Part shown: one piece after another, positions 39,401-53,351 of the stretch
Numbering within the stretch: position 1 is the first letter of the stretch
How the letters are laid out: the number at the start of each line of letters is the position of its first letter
Notes under the pieces: model-generated
Seen by the model: the letters and a program-made list of their open reading frames with translations, nothing else
Databases searched by the model: none
What the model was told of the DNA's origin: nothing
Assembly (NCBI GenBank): GCA_964247055.1
Contig: OZ176051.1
Location: 682,001 to 746,000, forward strand
DNA from: Paragordius varius
Lineage: Eukaryota > Animalia > Nematomorpha
Length of the DNA: 64,000 bases
Reading direction: 5' to 3'
Position numbers and translations under genes: made by a program

Positions 39401-42400
39401 CAAGTTAAACTTTGTCCTTAAAAATCGGATATTGGTCACCGGTGAACAAAATTATTTTTTATACATTCTTTTAGTAAGACTACATCAAAATATAGAGATA
39501 GTTTGACAAACTCTTTCATATCCGATTTTTACAACGATACTTTAAAAATTAATGTATAAATCTAGTCGTATCAATAAATCGCATCAATACTCAAGTTAAA
39601 CTTTCTCCTTAAAAATCGGATATTGGTCACCGGTGAACAAAATTATTTTTTATACATTCTCTTAGTAAGACTACATCAAAATATAGAGATAGTTTGACAA
39701 ACTCTTTCATATCCGATTTTTACAACGATACTTTAAAAATTAATGTATAAAACTAGTCGCATCAATACTCAAGTTAAACTTTGTCCTTAAAAATCGGATA
39801 TTGGTCACCGGTGAACAAAATTATTTTTTATACATTCTCTTAGTAAGACTACATCAAAATATAGAGATAATTTGACAAACTCTTTCATATCCGATTTTTA
39901 CAACGATACTTTAAAAATTAATGTATAAATCTAGGCGTATCAATAAATCGCATCAATACTCAAGTTAAACTTTCTCCTTAAAAATCGGATATTGGTCACC
40001 GGTGAACAAAATTATTTTTTATACATTCTCTTAGTAAGACTACATATAAAAATATAGAAATAGTTTGACAAACTCTTTCATATCCGATTTTTACAACGAT
40101 ACTTTAAAAATTATGGTATTAAACCAGTCGCATCAATACTCAAGTTAAACTTTGTCCTTAAAAATCGGATATTGGTCACCGGTAAACAAAATTATTTTTT
40201 ATACATTCTCTTAGTAAGACTACATCAAAATATAGAGATAGTTTGACAAACTCTTTCATATCCGATTTTTACAACGATACTTTAAAAATTAATGTATAAA
40301 ACTAGGCGTATCAATAAATCGCATCAATACTCAAGTTAAACTTTCTCCTTAAAAATCGGATATTGGTCACCGGTGAACAAAATTATTTTTTATACATTCT
40401 CTTAGTAAGACTACATCAAAATATAGAGATAGTTTGACAAACTCTTTCATATCCGATTTTTACAACGATACTTTAAAAATTAATGTATAAAACTAGTCGC
40501 ATCAATACTCAAGTTAAACTTTGTCCTTAAAAATCGGATATTGGTCACCGGTGAACAAAATTATTTTTTATACATTCTCTTAGTAAGACTACATCAAAAT
40601 ATAGAGATAATTTGACAAACTCTTTCATATCCGATTTTTACAACGATACTTTAAAAATTAATGTATAAAACTAGGCGTATCAATAAATCGCATCAATACT
40701 CAAGTTAAACTTTCTCCTTAAAAATCGGATATTGGTCACCGGTGAACAAAATTATTTTTTATACATTCTCTTAGTAAGACTACATCAAAATATAGAGATA
40801 GTTTGACAAACTCTTTCATATCCGATTTTTACAACGATACTTTAAAAATTAATGTATAAAACTAGTCGCATCAATACTCAAGTTAAACTTTGTCCTTAAA
40901 AATCGGATATTGGTCACCGGTGAACAAAATAATTTTTTATACATTCTCTTAGTAAGACTACATCAAAATATAGAGATAGTTTGACAAACTCTTTCATATC
41001 CGATTTTTACAACGATACTTTAAAAATTATGGTATTAAACCAGTCGCATCAATACTCAAGTTAAACTTTGTCCTTAAAAATCGGATATTGGTCACCGGTG
41101 AAAAAAACTATTTTTTTTACATTCTCTTAGTAAGACTACATCAAAATATAGAGATAGTTTGACAAACTCTTTCATATCCGATTTTTACAACGATACTTTA
41201 AAAATTATGGTATTAAACCAGTCGCATCAATACTCAAGTTAAACTTTGTCCTTAAAAATCGGATATTGGTCACCGGTGAACAAAACTATTTTTTTTACAT
41301 TCTCTTAGTAAGACTACATCAAAATATAGAGATAATTTGACAAACTCTTTTATATCCGATTTTTACAACGATACTTTAAAAATTAATGTATAAAACTAGG
41401 CGTATCAATAAATCGCATCAATACTCAAGTTAAACTTTCTCCTTAAAAATCGGATATTGGTCACCGGTGAACAAAATTATTTTTTATACATTCTCTTAGT
41501 AGGACTACATCAAAATATAGAGATAGTTTGGCAAACTCTTTCATATCCGATTTTTACAACGATACTAGTCGCATCAATACTCAAGTTAAACTTTGTCCTT
41601 AAAAATCGGATATTGGTCACCGGTGTACAAAATTATTTTATTTACTTTCTCTTAGTAAGACTACATCAAAATATAGAAATAGTTTGACAAACTCTTTCAT
41701 ATCCGATTTTTACAACGATACTTTAAAAATTAGGGTATTAAACCAGTCGCATCAATACTCAAGTTAAACTTTGTCCTTAAAAATCGGATATTGGTCACCG
41801 GTGAACAAAATTATTTTTTATACATTCTCTTAGTAAGACTACATCAAAATATAGAGATAGTTTGACAAACTCTTTCATATCCGATTTTTACAACGATACT
41901 TTAAATATTAATGTGTTAAACTAGTCGCATCAATACTCAAGTTAAACTTTGTCCTTAAAAATCGGATATTGGTCACCGGTGAACAAAATTATTTTTTATA
42001 CATTCTCTTAGTAACACTACATCAAAATATAGAGATAGTTTGACAAACTCTTTCATATCCGATTTTTACAACGATACTTTAAAAATTAATGTATAAAACT
42101 AGTCGTATCAATAAATCGCATCAATACTCAAGTTAAACTTTGTCCTTAAAAATCAGATATTGGTCACCGGTGAACAAAATAATTTTTCATACATTCTCTT
42201 AGTAAGACTACATATAAAAATATAGAAATAGTTTGACAAACTCTTTCATATCCGATTTTTACAACGATACTTTAAAAATTATGGTATTAAACCAGTCGCA
42301 TCAATACTCAAGTTAAACTTTGTCCTTAAAAATCGGATATTGGTCACCGGTAAACAAAATTATTTTTTATACATTCTCTTAGTAAGACTACATCAAAATA

Positions 42401-45400
42401 TAGAGATAGTTTGACAAACTCTTTCATATCCGATTTTTACAACGATACTTTAAAAATTATGGTATTAAACCAGTCGCATCAATACTCAAGTTAAACTTTG
42501 TCCTTAAAAATCGGATATTGGTCACCGGTGAACAAAACTATTTTTTTTACATTCTCTTAGTAAGACTACATCAAAATATAGAGATAATTTGACAAACTCT
42601 TTCATATCCGATTTTTACAACGATACTTTAAAAATTAATGTATAAAACTAGGCGTATCAATAAATCGCATCAATACTCAAGTTAAACTTTCTCCTTAAAA
42701 ATCGGATATTGGTCACCGATGAACAAAATTATTTTTTATACATTCTCTTAGTAAGACTACATCAAAATATAGAGATAGTTTGGCAAACTCTTTCATATCC
42801 GATTTTTACAACGATACTTTAAAAATTAATGTATAAAACTAGTCGCATCAATACTCAAGTTAAACTTTGTCCTTAAAAATCGGATATTGGTCACCGGTGA
42901 ACAAAATTATTTTATTTACTTTCTCTTAGTAAGACAACATCAAAATATAGAAATAGTTTGACAAACTCTTTCATATCCGATTTTTACAACGATACTTTAA
43001 AAATTATGGTATTAAACCAGTCGCATCAATACTCAAGTTAAACTTTGTCCTTAAAAATCGGATATTGGTCACCGGTGAACAAAATTATTTTTTATACATT
43101 CTCTTAGTAAGACTACATCAAAATATAGAGATAATTTGACAAACTCTTTCATATCCGATTTTTACAACGATACTTTAAAAATTAATGTATAAAACTAGGC
43201 GTATCAATAAATCGCATCAATACTACAGTTAAACTTTCTCCTTAAAAATCGGATATTGGTCACCGATGAACAAAATTATTTTTTATACATTCTCTTAGTA
43301 GGACTACATCAAAATATAGAGGTTTGGCAAACTCTTTCTTATCCGATTTTTACAACGATACTTTAAAAATTAATGTATAAAACTAGTCGCATCAATACTC
43401 AAGTTAAACTTTGTCCTTAAAAATCAGATATTGGTCACCGGTGAACAAAATAATTTTTTATACATTCTCTTAGTAAGACTACATCAAAATATAGAGATAG
43501 TTTGACAAACTCTTTCATATCCGATTTTTACAACGATACTTTAAAAATTATGGTATTAAACCAGTCGCATCAATACTCAAGTTAAACTTTGTCCTTAAAA
43601 ATCGGATATTGGTCACCGGTGAACAAAACTATTTTTTTTACATTCTCTTAGTAAGACTACATCAAAATATAGAGATAGTTTGACAAACTCTTTCATATCC
43701 GATTTTTACAACGATACTTTAAAAATTATGGTATTAAACCAGTCGCATCAATACTCAAGTTAAACTTTGTCCTTAAAAATCGGATATTGGTCACCGGTGA
43801 ACAAAACTATTTTTTTTACAATCTCTTAGTAAGACTACATCAAAATATAGAGATAATTTGACAAACTCTTTTATATCCGATTTTTACAACGATACTTTAA
43901 AAATTAATGTATAAAACTAGGCGTATTAATAAATCGCATCAATACTCAAGCTAAACTTTCTCCTTAAAAATCGGATATTGGTCACCGGTGAACAAAATTA
44001 TTTTTTATACATTCTCTTAGTAGGACTACATCAAAATATAGAGATAGTTTGGCAAACTCTTTCATATCCGATTTTTACAACGATACTAGTCGCATCAATA
44101 CTCAAGTTAAACTTTCTCCTTAAAAATCGGATATTGGTCACCGGGGAACAAAATTATTTTTTATACATTCTCTTAGTAAGACTACATCAAAATATAGAGA
44201 TAGTTTGACAAACTCTTTCATATCCGATTTTTACAACGATACTTTAAAAATTAATGTATAAAACTAGTCGCATCAATACTCAAGTTAAACTTTGTCCTTA
44301 AAAATCGGATATTGGTCACCGGTGAACAAAATAATTTTTTATACATTCTCTTAGTAAGACTACATCAAAATATAGAGATAGTTTGACAAACTCTTTCATA
44401 TCCGATTTTTACAACGATACTTTAAAAATTATGGTATTAAACCAGTCGCATCAATACTCAAGTTAAACTTTGTCCTTAAAAATCGGATATTGGTCACCGG
44501 TAAACAAAATTATTTTTTATACATTCTCTTAGTAAGACTACATCAAAATATAGAGATAGTTTGACAAACTCTTTCATATCCGATTTTTACAACGATACTT
44601 TAAAAATTATGGTATTAAACCAGTCGCATCAATACTCAAGTTAAACTTTGTCCTTAAAAATCGGATATTGGTCACCGGTAAACAAAACTATTTTTTTTAC
44701 ATTCTCTTAGTAAGACTACATCAAAATATAGAGATAATTTGACAAACTCTTTCATATCCGATTTTTACAACGATACTTTAAAAATTAATGTATAAAACTA
44801 GGCGTATCAATAAATCGCATCAATACTCAAGTTAAACTTTCTCCTTAAAAATCGGATATTGGTCACCGATGAACAAAATTATTTTTTATACATTCTCTTA
44901 GTAAGACTACATCAAAATATAGAGATAGTTTGGCAAACTCTTTCATATCCGATTTTTACAACGATACTTTAAAAATTAATGTATAAAACTAGTCGCATCA
45001 ATACTCAAGTTAAACTTTGTCCTTAAAAATCGGATATTGGTCACCGGTGAACAAAATTATTTTATTTACTTTCTCTTAGTAAGACAACATCAAAATATAG
45101 AAATAGTTTGACAAACTCTTTCATATCCGATTTTTACAACGATACTTTAAAAATTATGGTATTAAACCAGTCGCATCAATACTCAAGTTAAACTTTGTCC
45201 TTAAAAATCGGATATTGGTCACCGGTGAACAAAATTATTTTTTATACATTCTCTTAGTAAGACTACATCAAAATATAGAGATAGTTTGACAAACTCTTTC
45301 ATATCCGATTTTTACAACGATACTTTAAAAATTAATGTATAAAACTAGTCGTATCAATAAATCGCATCAATACTCAAGTTAAACTTTCTCCTTAAAAATC

Positions 45401-48400
45401 GGATATTGATCACCGGTGAACAAAATTATTTTTTATACATTCTCTTAGTAGGACTACATCAAAATATAGAGGTTTGGCAAACTCTTTCTTATCCGATTTT
45501 TACAACGATACTTTAAAAATTAATGTATAAAACTAGTCGCATCAATACTCAAGTTAAACTTTGTCCTTAAAAATCAGATATTGGTCACCGGTGAACAAAA
45601 TAATTTTTTATACATTCTCTTAGTAAGACTACATCAAAATATAGAGATAGTTTGACAAACTCTTTCATATCCGATTTTTACAACGATACTTTAAAAATTA
45701 TGGTATTAAACCAGTCGCATCAATACTCAAGTTAAACTTTGTCCTTAAACACCGGTGAACAAAACTATTTTTTTTACATTCTCTTAGTAAGACTACATCA
45801 AAATATAGAGATAGTTTGACAAACTCTTTCATATCCGATTTTTACAACGATACTTTAAAAATTATGGTATTAAACCAGTCGCATCAATACTCAAGTTAAA
45901 CTTTGTCCTTAAAAATCGGATATTGGTCACCGGTGAACAAAACTATTTTTTTTACATTCTCTTAGTAAGACTACATCAAAATATAGAGATAATTTGACAA
46001 ACTCTTTTATATCCGATTTTTACAACGATACTTTAAAAATTAATGTATAAAACTAGGCGTATTAATAAATCGCATCAATACTCAAGCTAAACTTTCTCCT
46101 TAAAAATCGGATATTGGTCACCGGTGAACAAAATTATTTTTTATACATTCTCTTAGTAGGACTACATCAAAATATAGAGATAGTTTGGCAAACTCTTTCA
46201 TATCCGATTTTTACAACGATACTAGTCGCATCAATACTCAAGTTAAACTTTGTCCTTAAAAATCAGATATTGGTCACCGGTGAACAAAATAATTTTTTAT
46301 ACATTCTCTTAGTAAGACTACATATAAAAATATAGAAATAGTTTGACAAACTCTTTCATATCCGATTTTTACAACGATACTTTAAAAATTATGGTATTAA
46401 ACCAGTCGCATCAATACTCAAGTTAAACTTTGTCCTTAAAAATCGGATATTGGTCACCGGTAAACAAAATTATTTTTTATACATTCTCTTAGTAAGACTA
46501 CATCAAAATATAGAGATAGTTTGACAAACTCTTTCATATCCGATTTTTACAACGATACTTTAAAAATTATGGTATTAAACCAGTCGCATCAATACTCAAG
46601 TTAAACTTTGTCCTTAAAAATCGGATATTGGTCACCGGTGAACAAAACTATTTTTTTTACATTCTCTTAGTAAGACTACATCAAAATATAGAGATAATTT
46701 GACAAACTCTTTCATATCCGATTTTTACAACGATACTTTAAAAATTAATGTATAAAACTAGGCGTATCAATAAATCGCATCAATACTCAAGTTAAACTTT
46801 CTCCTTAAAAATCGGATATTGGTCACCGATGAACAAAATTATTTTTTATACATTCTCTTAGTAGGACTACATCAAAATATAGAGATAGTTTGGCAAACTG
46901 TTTCATATCCGATTTTTACAACGATACTTTAAAAATTAATGTATAAAACTAGTCGCATCAATACTCAAGTTAAACTTTGTCCTTAAAAATCGGATATTGG
47001 TCACCGGTGAACAAAATTATTTTATTTACTTTCTCTTAGTAAGACTACATCAAAATATAGAAATAGTTTGACAAACTCTTTCATATCCGATTTTTACAAC
47101 GATACTTTAAAAATTATGGTATTAAACCAGTCGCATCAATACTCAAGTTAAACTTTGTCCTTAAAAATCGGATATTGGTCACCGGTGAACAAAATTATTT
47201 TTTATACATTCTCTTAGTAAGACTACATCAAAATATAGAGATAGTTTGACAAACTCTTTCATATCCGATTTTTACAACGATACTTTAAAAATTAATGTAT
47301 AAAACTAGTCGTATCAATATATCGCATCAATACTCAAGTTAAACTTTCTCCTTAAAAATCGGATATTGGTCACCGGTGAACAAAATTATTTTTTATACAT
47401 TCTCTTAGTAGGACTACATCAAAATATAGAGGTTTGGCAAACTCTTTCTTATCCGATTTTTACAATACTTTAAAAATTAATGTATAAAACTAGTCGCATC
47501 AATACTCAAGTTAAACTTTGTCCTTAAAAATCAGATATTGGTCACCGGTGAACAAAATAATTTTTTATACATTCTCTTAGTAAGACTACATCAAAATATA
47601 GAGATAGTTTGACAAACTCTTTCATATCCGATTTTTACAACGATACTAGTCGCATCAATACTCAAGTTAAACTTTGTCCTTAAAAATCAGATATTGGTCA
47701 CCGGTGAACAAAATAATTTTTTATACATTCTCTTAGTAAGATAACATATAAAAATATAGAAATAGTTTAACAAACTCTTTCATATCCGATTTTTACAACG
47801 ATACTTTAAAAATTATGGTATTAAACCAGTCGCATCAATACTCAAGTTAAACTTTGTCCTTAAAAATCGGATATTGGTCACCGGTAAACAAAATTATTTT
47901 TTATACATTCTCTTAGCAAGACTACATCAAAATATAGAGATAGTTTGACAAACTCTTTCATATCCGATTTTTACAACGATACTTTAAAAATTATGGTATT
48001 AAACCAGTCGCATCAATACTCAAGTTAAACTTTGTCCTTAAAAATCGGATATTGGTCACCGGTGAACAAAACTTATTTTTTTACATTCTCTTAGTAAGAC
48101 TACATCAAAATATAGAGATAATTTGACAAACTCTTTCATATCCGATTTTTACAACGATACTTTAAAAATTAATGTATAAAACTAGGCGTATCAATAAATC
48201 GCATCAATACTCAAGTTAAACTTTCTCCTTAAAAATCGGATATTGGTCACCGATGAACAAAATTATTTTTTATACATTCTCTTAGTAGGACTACATCAAA
48301 ATATAGAGATAGTTTGGCAAACTCTTTCATATCCGATTTTTACAACGATACTTTAAAAATTAATGTATAAAACTAGTCGCATCAATACTCAAGTTAAACT

Positions 48401-51400
48401 TTGTCCTTAAAAATCGGATATTGGTCACCGGTGAACAAAATTATTTTATTTACTTTCTCTTAGTAAGACTACATCAAAATATAGAAATAGTTTGACAAAC
48501 TCTTTCATATCCGATTTTTACAACGATACTTTAAAAATTATGGTATTAAACCAGTCGCATCAATACTCAAGTTAAACTTTGTCCTTAAAAATCGGATATT
48601 GGTCACCGGTGAACAAAATTATTTTTTATACATTCTCTTAGTAAGACTACATCAAAATATAGAGATAGTTTGACAAACTCTTTCATATCCGATTTTTACA
48701 ACGATACTTTAAAAATTAATGTATAAAACTAGTCGTATCAATATATCGCATCAATACTCAAGTTAAACTTTCTCCTTAAAAATCGGATATTGGTCACCGG
48801 TGAACAAAATTATTTTTTATACATTCTCTTAGTAGGACTACATCAAAATATAGAGGTTTGGCAAACTCTTTCTTATCCGATTTTTACAACGATACTTTAA
48901 AAATTAATGTATAAAACTAGTCGCATCAATACTCAAGTTAAACTTTGTCCTTAAAAATCAGATATTGGTCACCGGTGAACAAAATAATTTTTTATACATT
49001 CTCTTAGTAAGACTACATCAAAATATAGAGATAGTTTGACAAACTCTTTCATATCCGATTTTTACAACCATACTTTAAAAATTATGGTATTAAACCAGTC
49101 GCATCAATACTCAAGTTAAACTTTGTCCTTAAAAATCGGATATTGGTCACCGGTGAACAAAACTATTTTTTTTACATTCTCTTAGTAAGACTACATCAAA
49201 ATATAGAGATAATTTGACAAACTCTTTCATATCCGATTTTTACAACGATACTTTAAAAATTAATGTATAAAACTAGGCGTATCAATAAATCGCATCAATA
49301 CTCAAGTTAAACTTTCTCCTTAAAAATCGGATATTGGTCACCGATGAACAAAATTATTTTTTATACATTCTCTTAGTAGGACTACATCAAAATATAGAGA
49401 TAGTTTGGCAAACTCTTTCATATCCGATTTTTACAACGATACTTTAAAAATTAATGTATAAAACTAGTCGCATCAATACTCAAGTTAAACTTTGTCCTTA
49501 AAAATTGGATATTGGTCACCGGTGAACAAAATTATTTTATTTACTTTCTCTTAGTAAGACTACATCAAAATATAGAGATAGTTTGGCAAACTCTTTCATA
49601 TCCGATTTTTACAACGATACTAGTCGCATCAATACTCAAGTTAAACTTTCTCCTTAAAAATCGGATATTGGTCACCGGGGAACAAAATTATTTTTTATAC
49701 ATTCTCTTAGTAAGACTACATCAAAATATAGAGATAGTTTGACAAACTCTTTCATATCCGATTTTTACAACGATACTTTAAAAATTAATGTATAAAACTA
49801 GTCGCATCAATACTCAAGTTAAACTTTGTCCTTAAAAATCGGATATTGGTCACCGGTGAACAAAATAATTTTTTATACATTCTCTTAGTAAGACTACATC
49901 AAAATATAGAGATAGTTTGACAAACTCTTTCATATCCGATTTTTACAACGATACTTTAAAAATTATGGTATTAAACCAGTCGCATCAATACTCAAGTTAA
50001 ACTTTGTCCTTAAAAATCGGATATTGGTCACCGGTAAACAAAATTATTTTTTATACATTCTCTTAGTAAGACTACATCAAAATATAGAGATAGTTTGACA
50101 AACTCTTTCATATCCGATTTTTACAACGATACTTTAAAAATTATGGTATTAAACCAGTCGCATCAATACTCAAGTTAAACTTTGTCCTTAAAAATCGGAT
50201 ATTGGTCACCGGTGAACAAAACTATTTTTTTTACATTCTCTTAGTAAGACTACATCAAAATATAGAGATAATTTGACAAACTCTTTCATATCCGATTTTT
50301 ACAACGATACTTTAAAAATTAATGTATAAAACTAGGCGTATCAATAAATCGCATCAATACTCAAGTTAAACTTTCTCCTTAAAAATCGGATATTGGTCAC
50401 CGATGAACAAAATTATTTTTTATACATTCTCTTAGTAAGACTACATCAAAATATAGAGATAGTTTGGCAAACTCTTTCATATCCGATTTTTACAACGATA
50501 CTTTAAAAATTAATGTATAAAACTAGTCGCATCAATACTCAAGTTAAACTTTGTCCTTAAAAATCGGATATTGGTCACCGGTGAACAAAATTATTTTATT
50601 TACTTTCTCTTAGTAAGACAACATCAAAATATAGAAATAGTTTGACAAACTCTTTCATATCCGATTTTTACAACGATACTTTAAAAATTATGGTATTAAA
50701 CCAGTCGCATCAATACTCAAGCTAAACTTTGTCCTTAAAAATCGGATATTGGTCACCGGTGAACAAAATTATTTTTTATACATTCTCTTAGTAAGACTAC
50801 ATCAAAATATAGAGATAGTTTGACAAACTCTTTCATATCCGATTTTTACAACGATACTTTAAAAATTAATGTATAAAACTAGGCGTATCAATTAATCGCA
50901 TCATTACTCAAGTTAAACTTTGTGCTTAAAAATCGGATATTGGTCACCGGTGAACAAAATTATTTTATTTACTTTCTCTTAGTAAGACTACATCAAAATA
51001 TAGAAATAGTTTGACAAACTCTTTCATATCCGATTTTTACAACGATACTTTAAAAATTAATGTATAAAACTAGTCGGATCAATACTCAAGCTAAACTTTG
51101 TCCTTAAAAATCGGATATTGGTCACCGGTGAACAAAATTATTTTTTATACATTCTCTTAGTAAGACTACATCAAAAGATAGAGATAGTTTGACAAACTCT
51201 TTCATATCCGATTTTTACAACGATACTTTAAAAATTATGGTATTAAACCAGTCGCATCAATACTCAAGTTAAACTTTGTCCTTAAAAATCGAATATTGGT
51301 CACCGGTGAACAAAACTATTTTTTATACATTCTCTTAGTAAGACTACATCAAAATATAGAGATAGTTTGACAAACTCTTTCATATCCGATTTTTACAACG

Positions 51401-53351
51401 ATATTTAAAAATTAATATATAAAACTAGTCGTATCAATAAATCGCAAACACACTCAAGTTAAACTTTCTCCTTAAAAATCGGATATTGGTCACCGGTGAA
51501 CAAAATTATTTTTTATACATTCTCTTAGTAGGACTACATCAAAATATAGAGGTTTGGCAAACTCTTTCTTATCCGATTTTTACAACGATACTTTAAAAAT
51601 TAATGTATAAAACTAGTCGCATCAATACTCAAGTTAAACCTTGTCCTTAAAAATCAGATATTGGTCACCGGTGAACAAAATAATTTTTTATACATTCTCT
51701 TAGTAAGACTACATCAAAATATAGAGATAGTTTGACAAACTCTTTCATATCCGATTTTTACAACGATACTTTAAATATTAATGTGTTAAACTAGTCGCAT
51801 CAATACTCAAGTTAAACTTTGTCCTTAAAAATCGGATATTGTCACCGGTGAACAAAAGTATTTTTTATACATTCTCTTAGTAAGACTACATCAAAATATA
51901 GAGATAGTTTGACAAACTCTTTCATATCCGATTTTTACAACGATACTTTAAAAATTAATGTATAAAACTAGTCGTATCAATAAATCGCATCAATACTCAA
52001 GTTAAACTTTGTCCTTAAAAATCAGATATTGGTCACCGGTGAACAAAATAATTTTTTATACATTCTCTTAGTAAGACTACATATAAAAATATAGAAATAG
52101 TTTGACAAACTCTTTCATATCCGATTTTTACAACGATAATTTAAAAATTAATGTATAAAACTAGTCGCATCAATACTCAAGTTAAACTTTGTCCTTAAAA
52201 ATCGGATATTGGTCACCGGTGAACAAAATTATTTTATTTACTTTCTCTTAGTAAGACTACATCAAAATATAGAAATAGTTTGACAAACTCTTTCATATCC
52301 GATTTTTACAACGATACTTTAAAAATTATGGTATTAAACCAGTCGCATCAATACTTAAGTTAAACTTTGTCCTTAAAAATCGGATATTGGTCACCGGTGA
52401 ACAAAATTATTTTTTATACATTCTCTTAGTAAGACTACATCAAAATATAGAGATAGTTTGACAAACTCTTTCATATCCGATTTTTACAACGATACTTTAA
52501 AAATTAATGTATAAAACTAGTCGTATCAATAAATCGCATCAATACTCAAGTTAAACTTTCTCCTTAAAAATCGGATATTGATCACCGGTGAACAAAATTA
52601 TTTTTTATACATTCTCTTAGTAGGACTACATCAAAATATAGAGATAGTTTGGCAAACTCTTTCATATCCGATTTTTACAACGATACTTTAAAAATTATGG
52701 TATTAAACCAGTCGCATCAATACTCAAGTTAAACTTTGTCCTTAAAAATCAGATATTGGTCACCGGTGAACAAAATAATTTTTTATACATTCTCTTAGTA
52801 AGACTACATATAAAAATATAGAAATAGTTTGACAAACTCTTTCATAACCGATTTTTACAACGATACTTTAAAAATTATGGTATTAAACCAGTCGCATCAA
52901 TACTCAAGTTAAACTTTGTCCTTAAAAATCGGATATTGGTCACCGGTAAACAAAATTATTTTTTATACATTCTCTTAGTAAGACTACATCAAAATATAGA
53001 GATAGTTTGACAAACTCTTTCATATCCGATTTTTACAACGATACTTTAAAAATTATTGTATTAAACCAGTCGCATCAATACTCAAGTTAAACTTTGTCCT
53101 TAAAAATCGGATATTGGTCACCGGTGAACAAAACTATTTTTTTTACATTCTCTTAGTAAGATTACATTAAAATATAGAGATAATTTGACAAACTCTTTCA
53201 TATCCGATTTTTACAACGATACTTTAAAAATTAATGTATAAAACTAGGCGTATCAATAAATCGCATCAATACTCAAGTTAAACTTTCTCCTTAAAAATCG
53301 GATATTGGTCACCGATGAACAAAATTATTTTTTATACATTCTCTTAGTAGG

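Noticed and set aside
41457-41687. 73-76-aa ORFs at 41457, 43978, 46114 and 49512
   Set aside because: They start at a TTG. The tga>tgg variant plus the 22-bp deletion lets the frame run into the next monomer, so the peptide repeats itself. There is no ATG and no recognisable domain.
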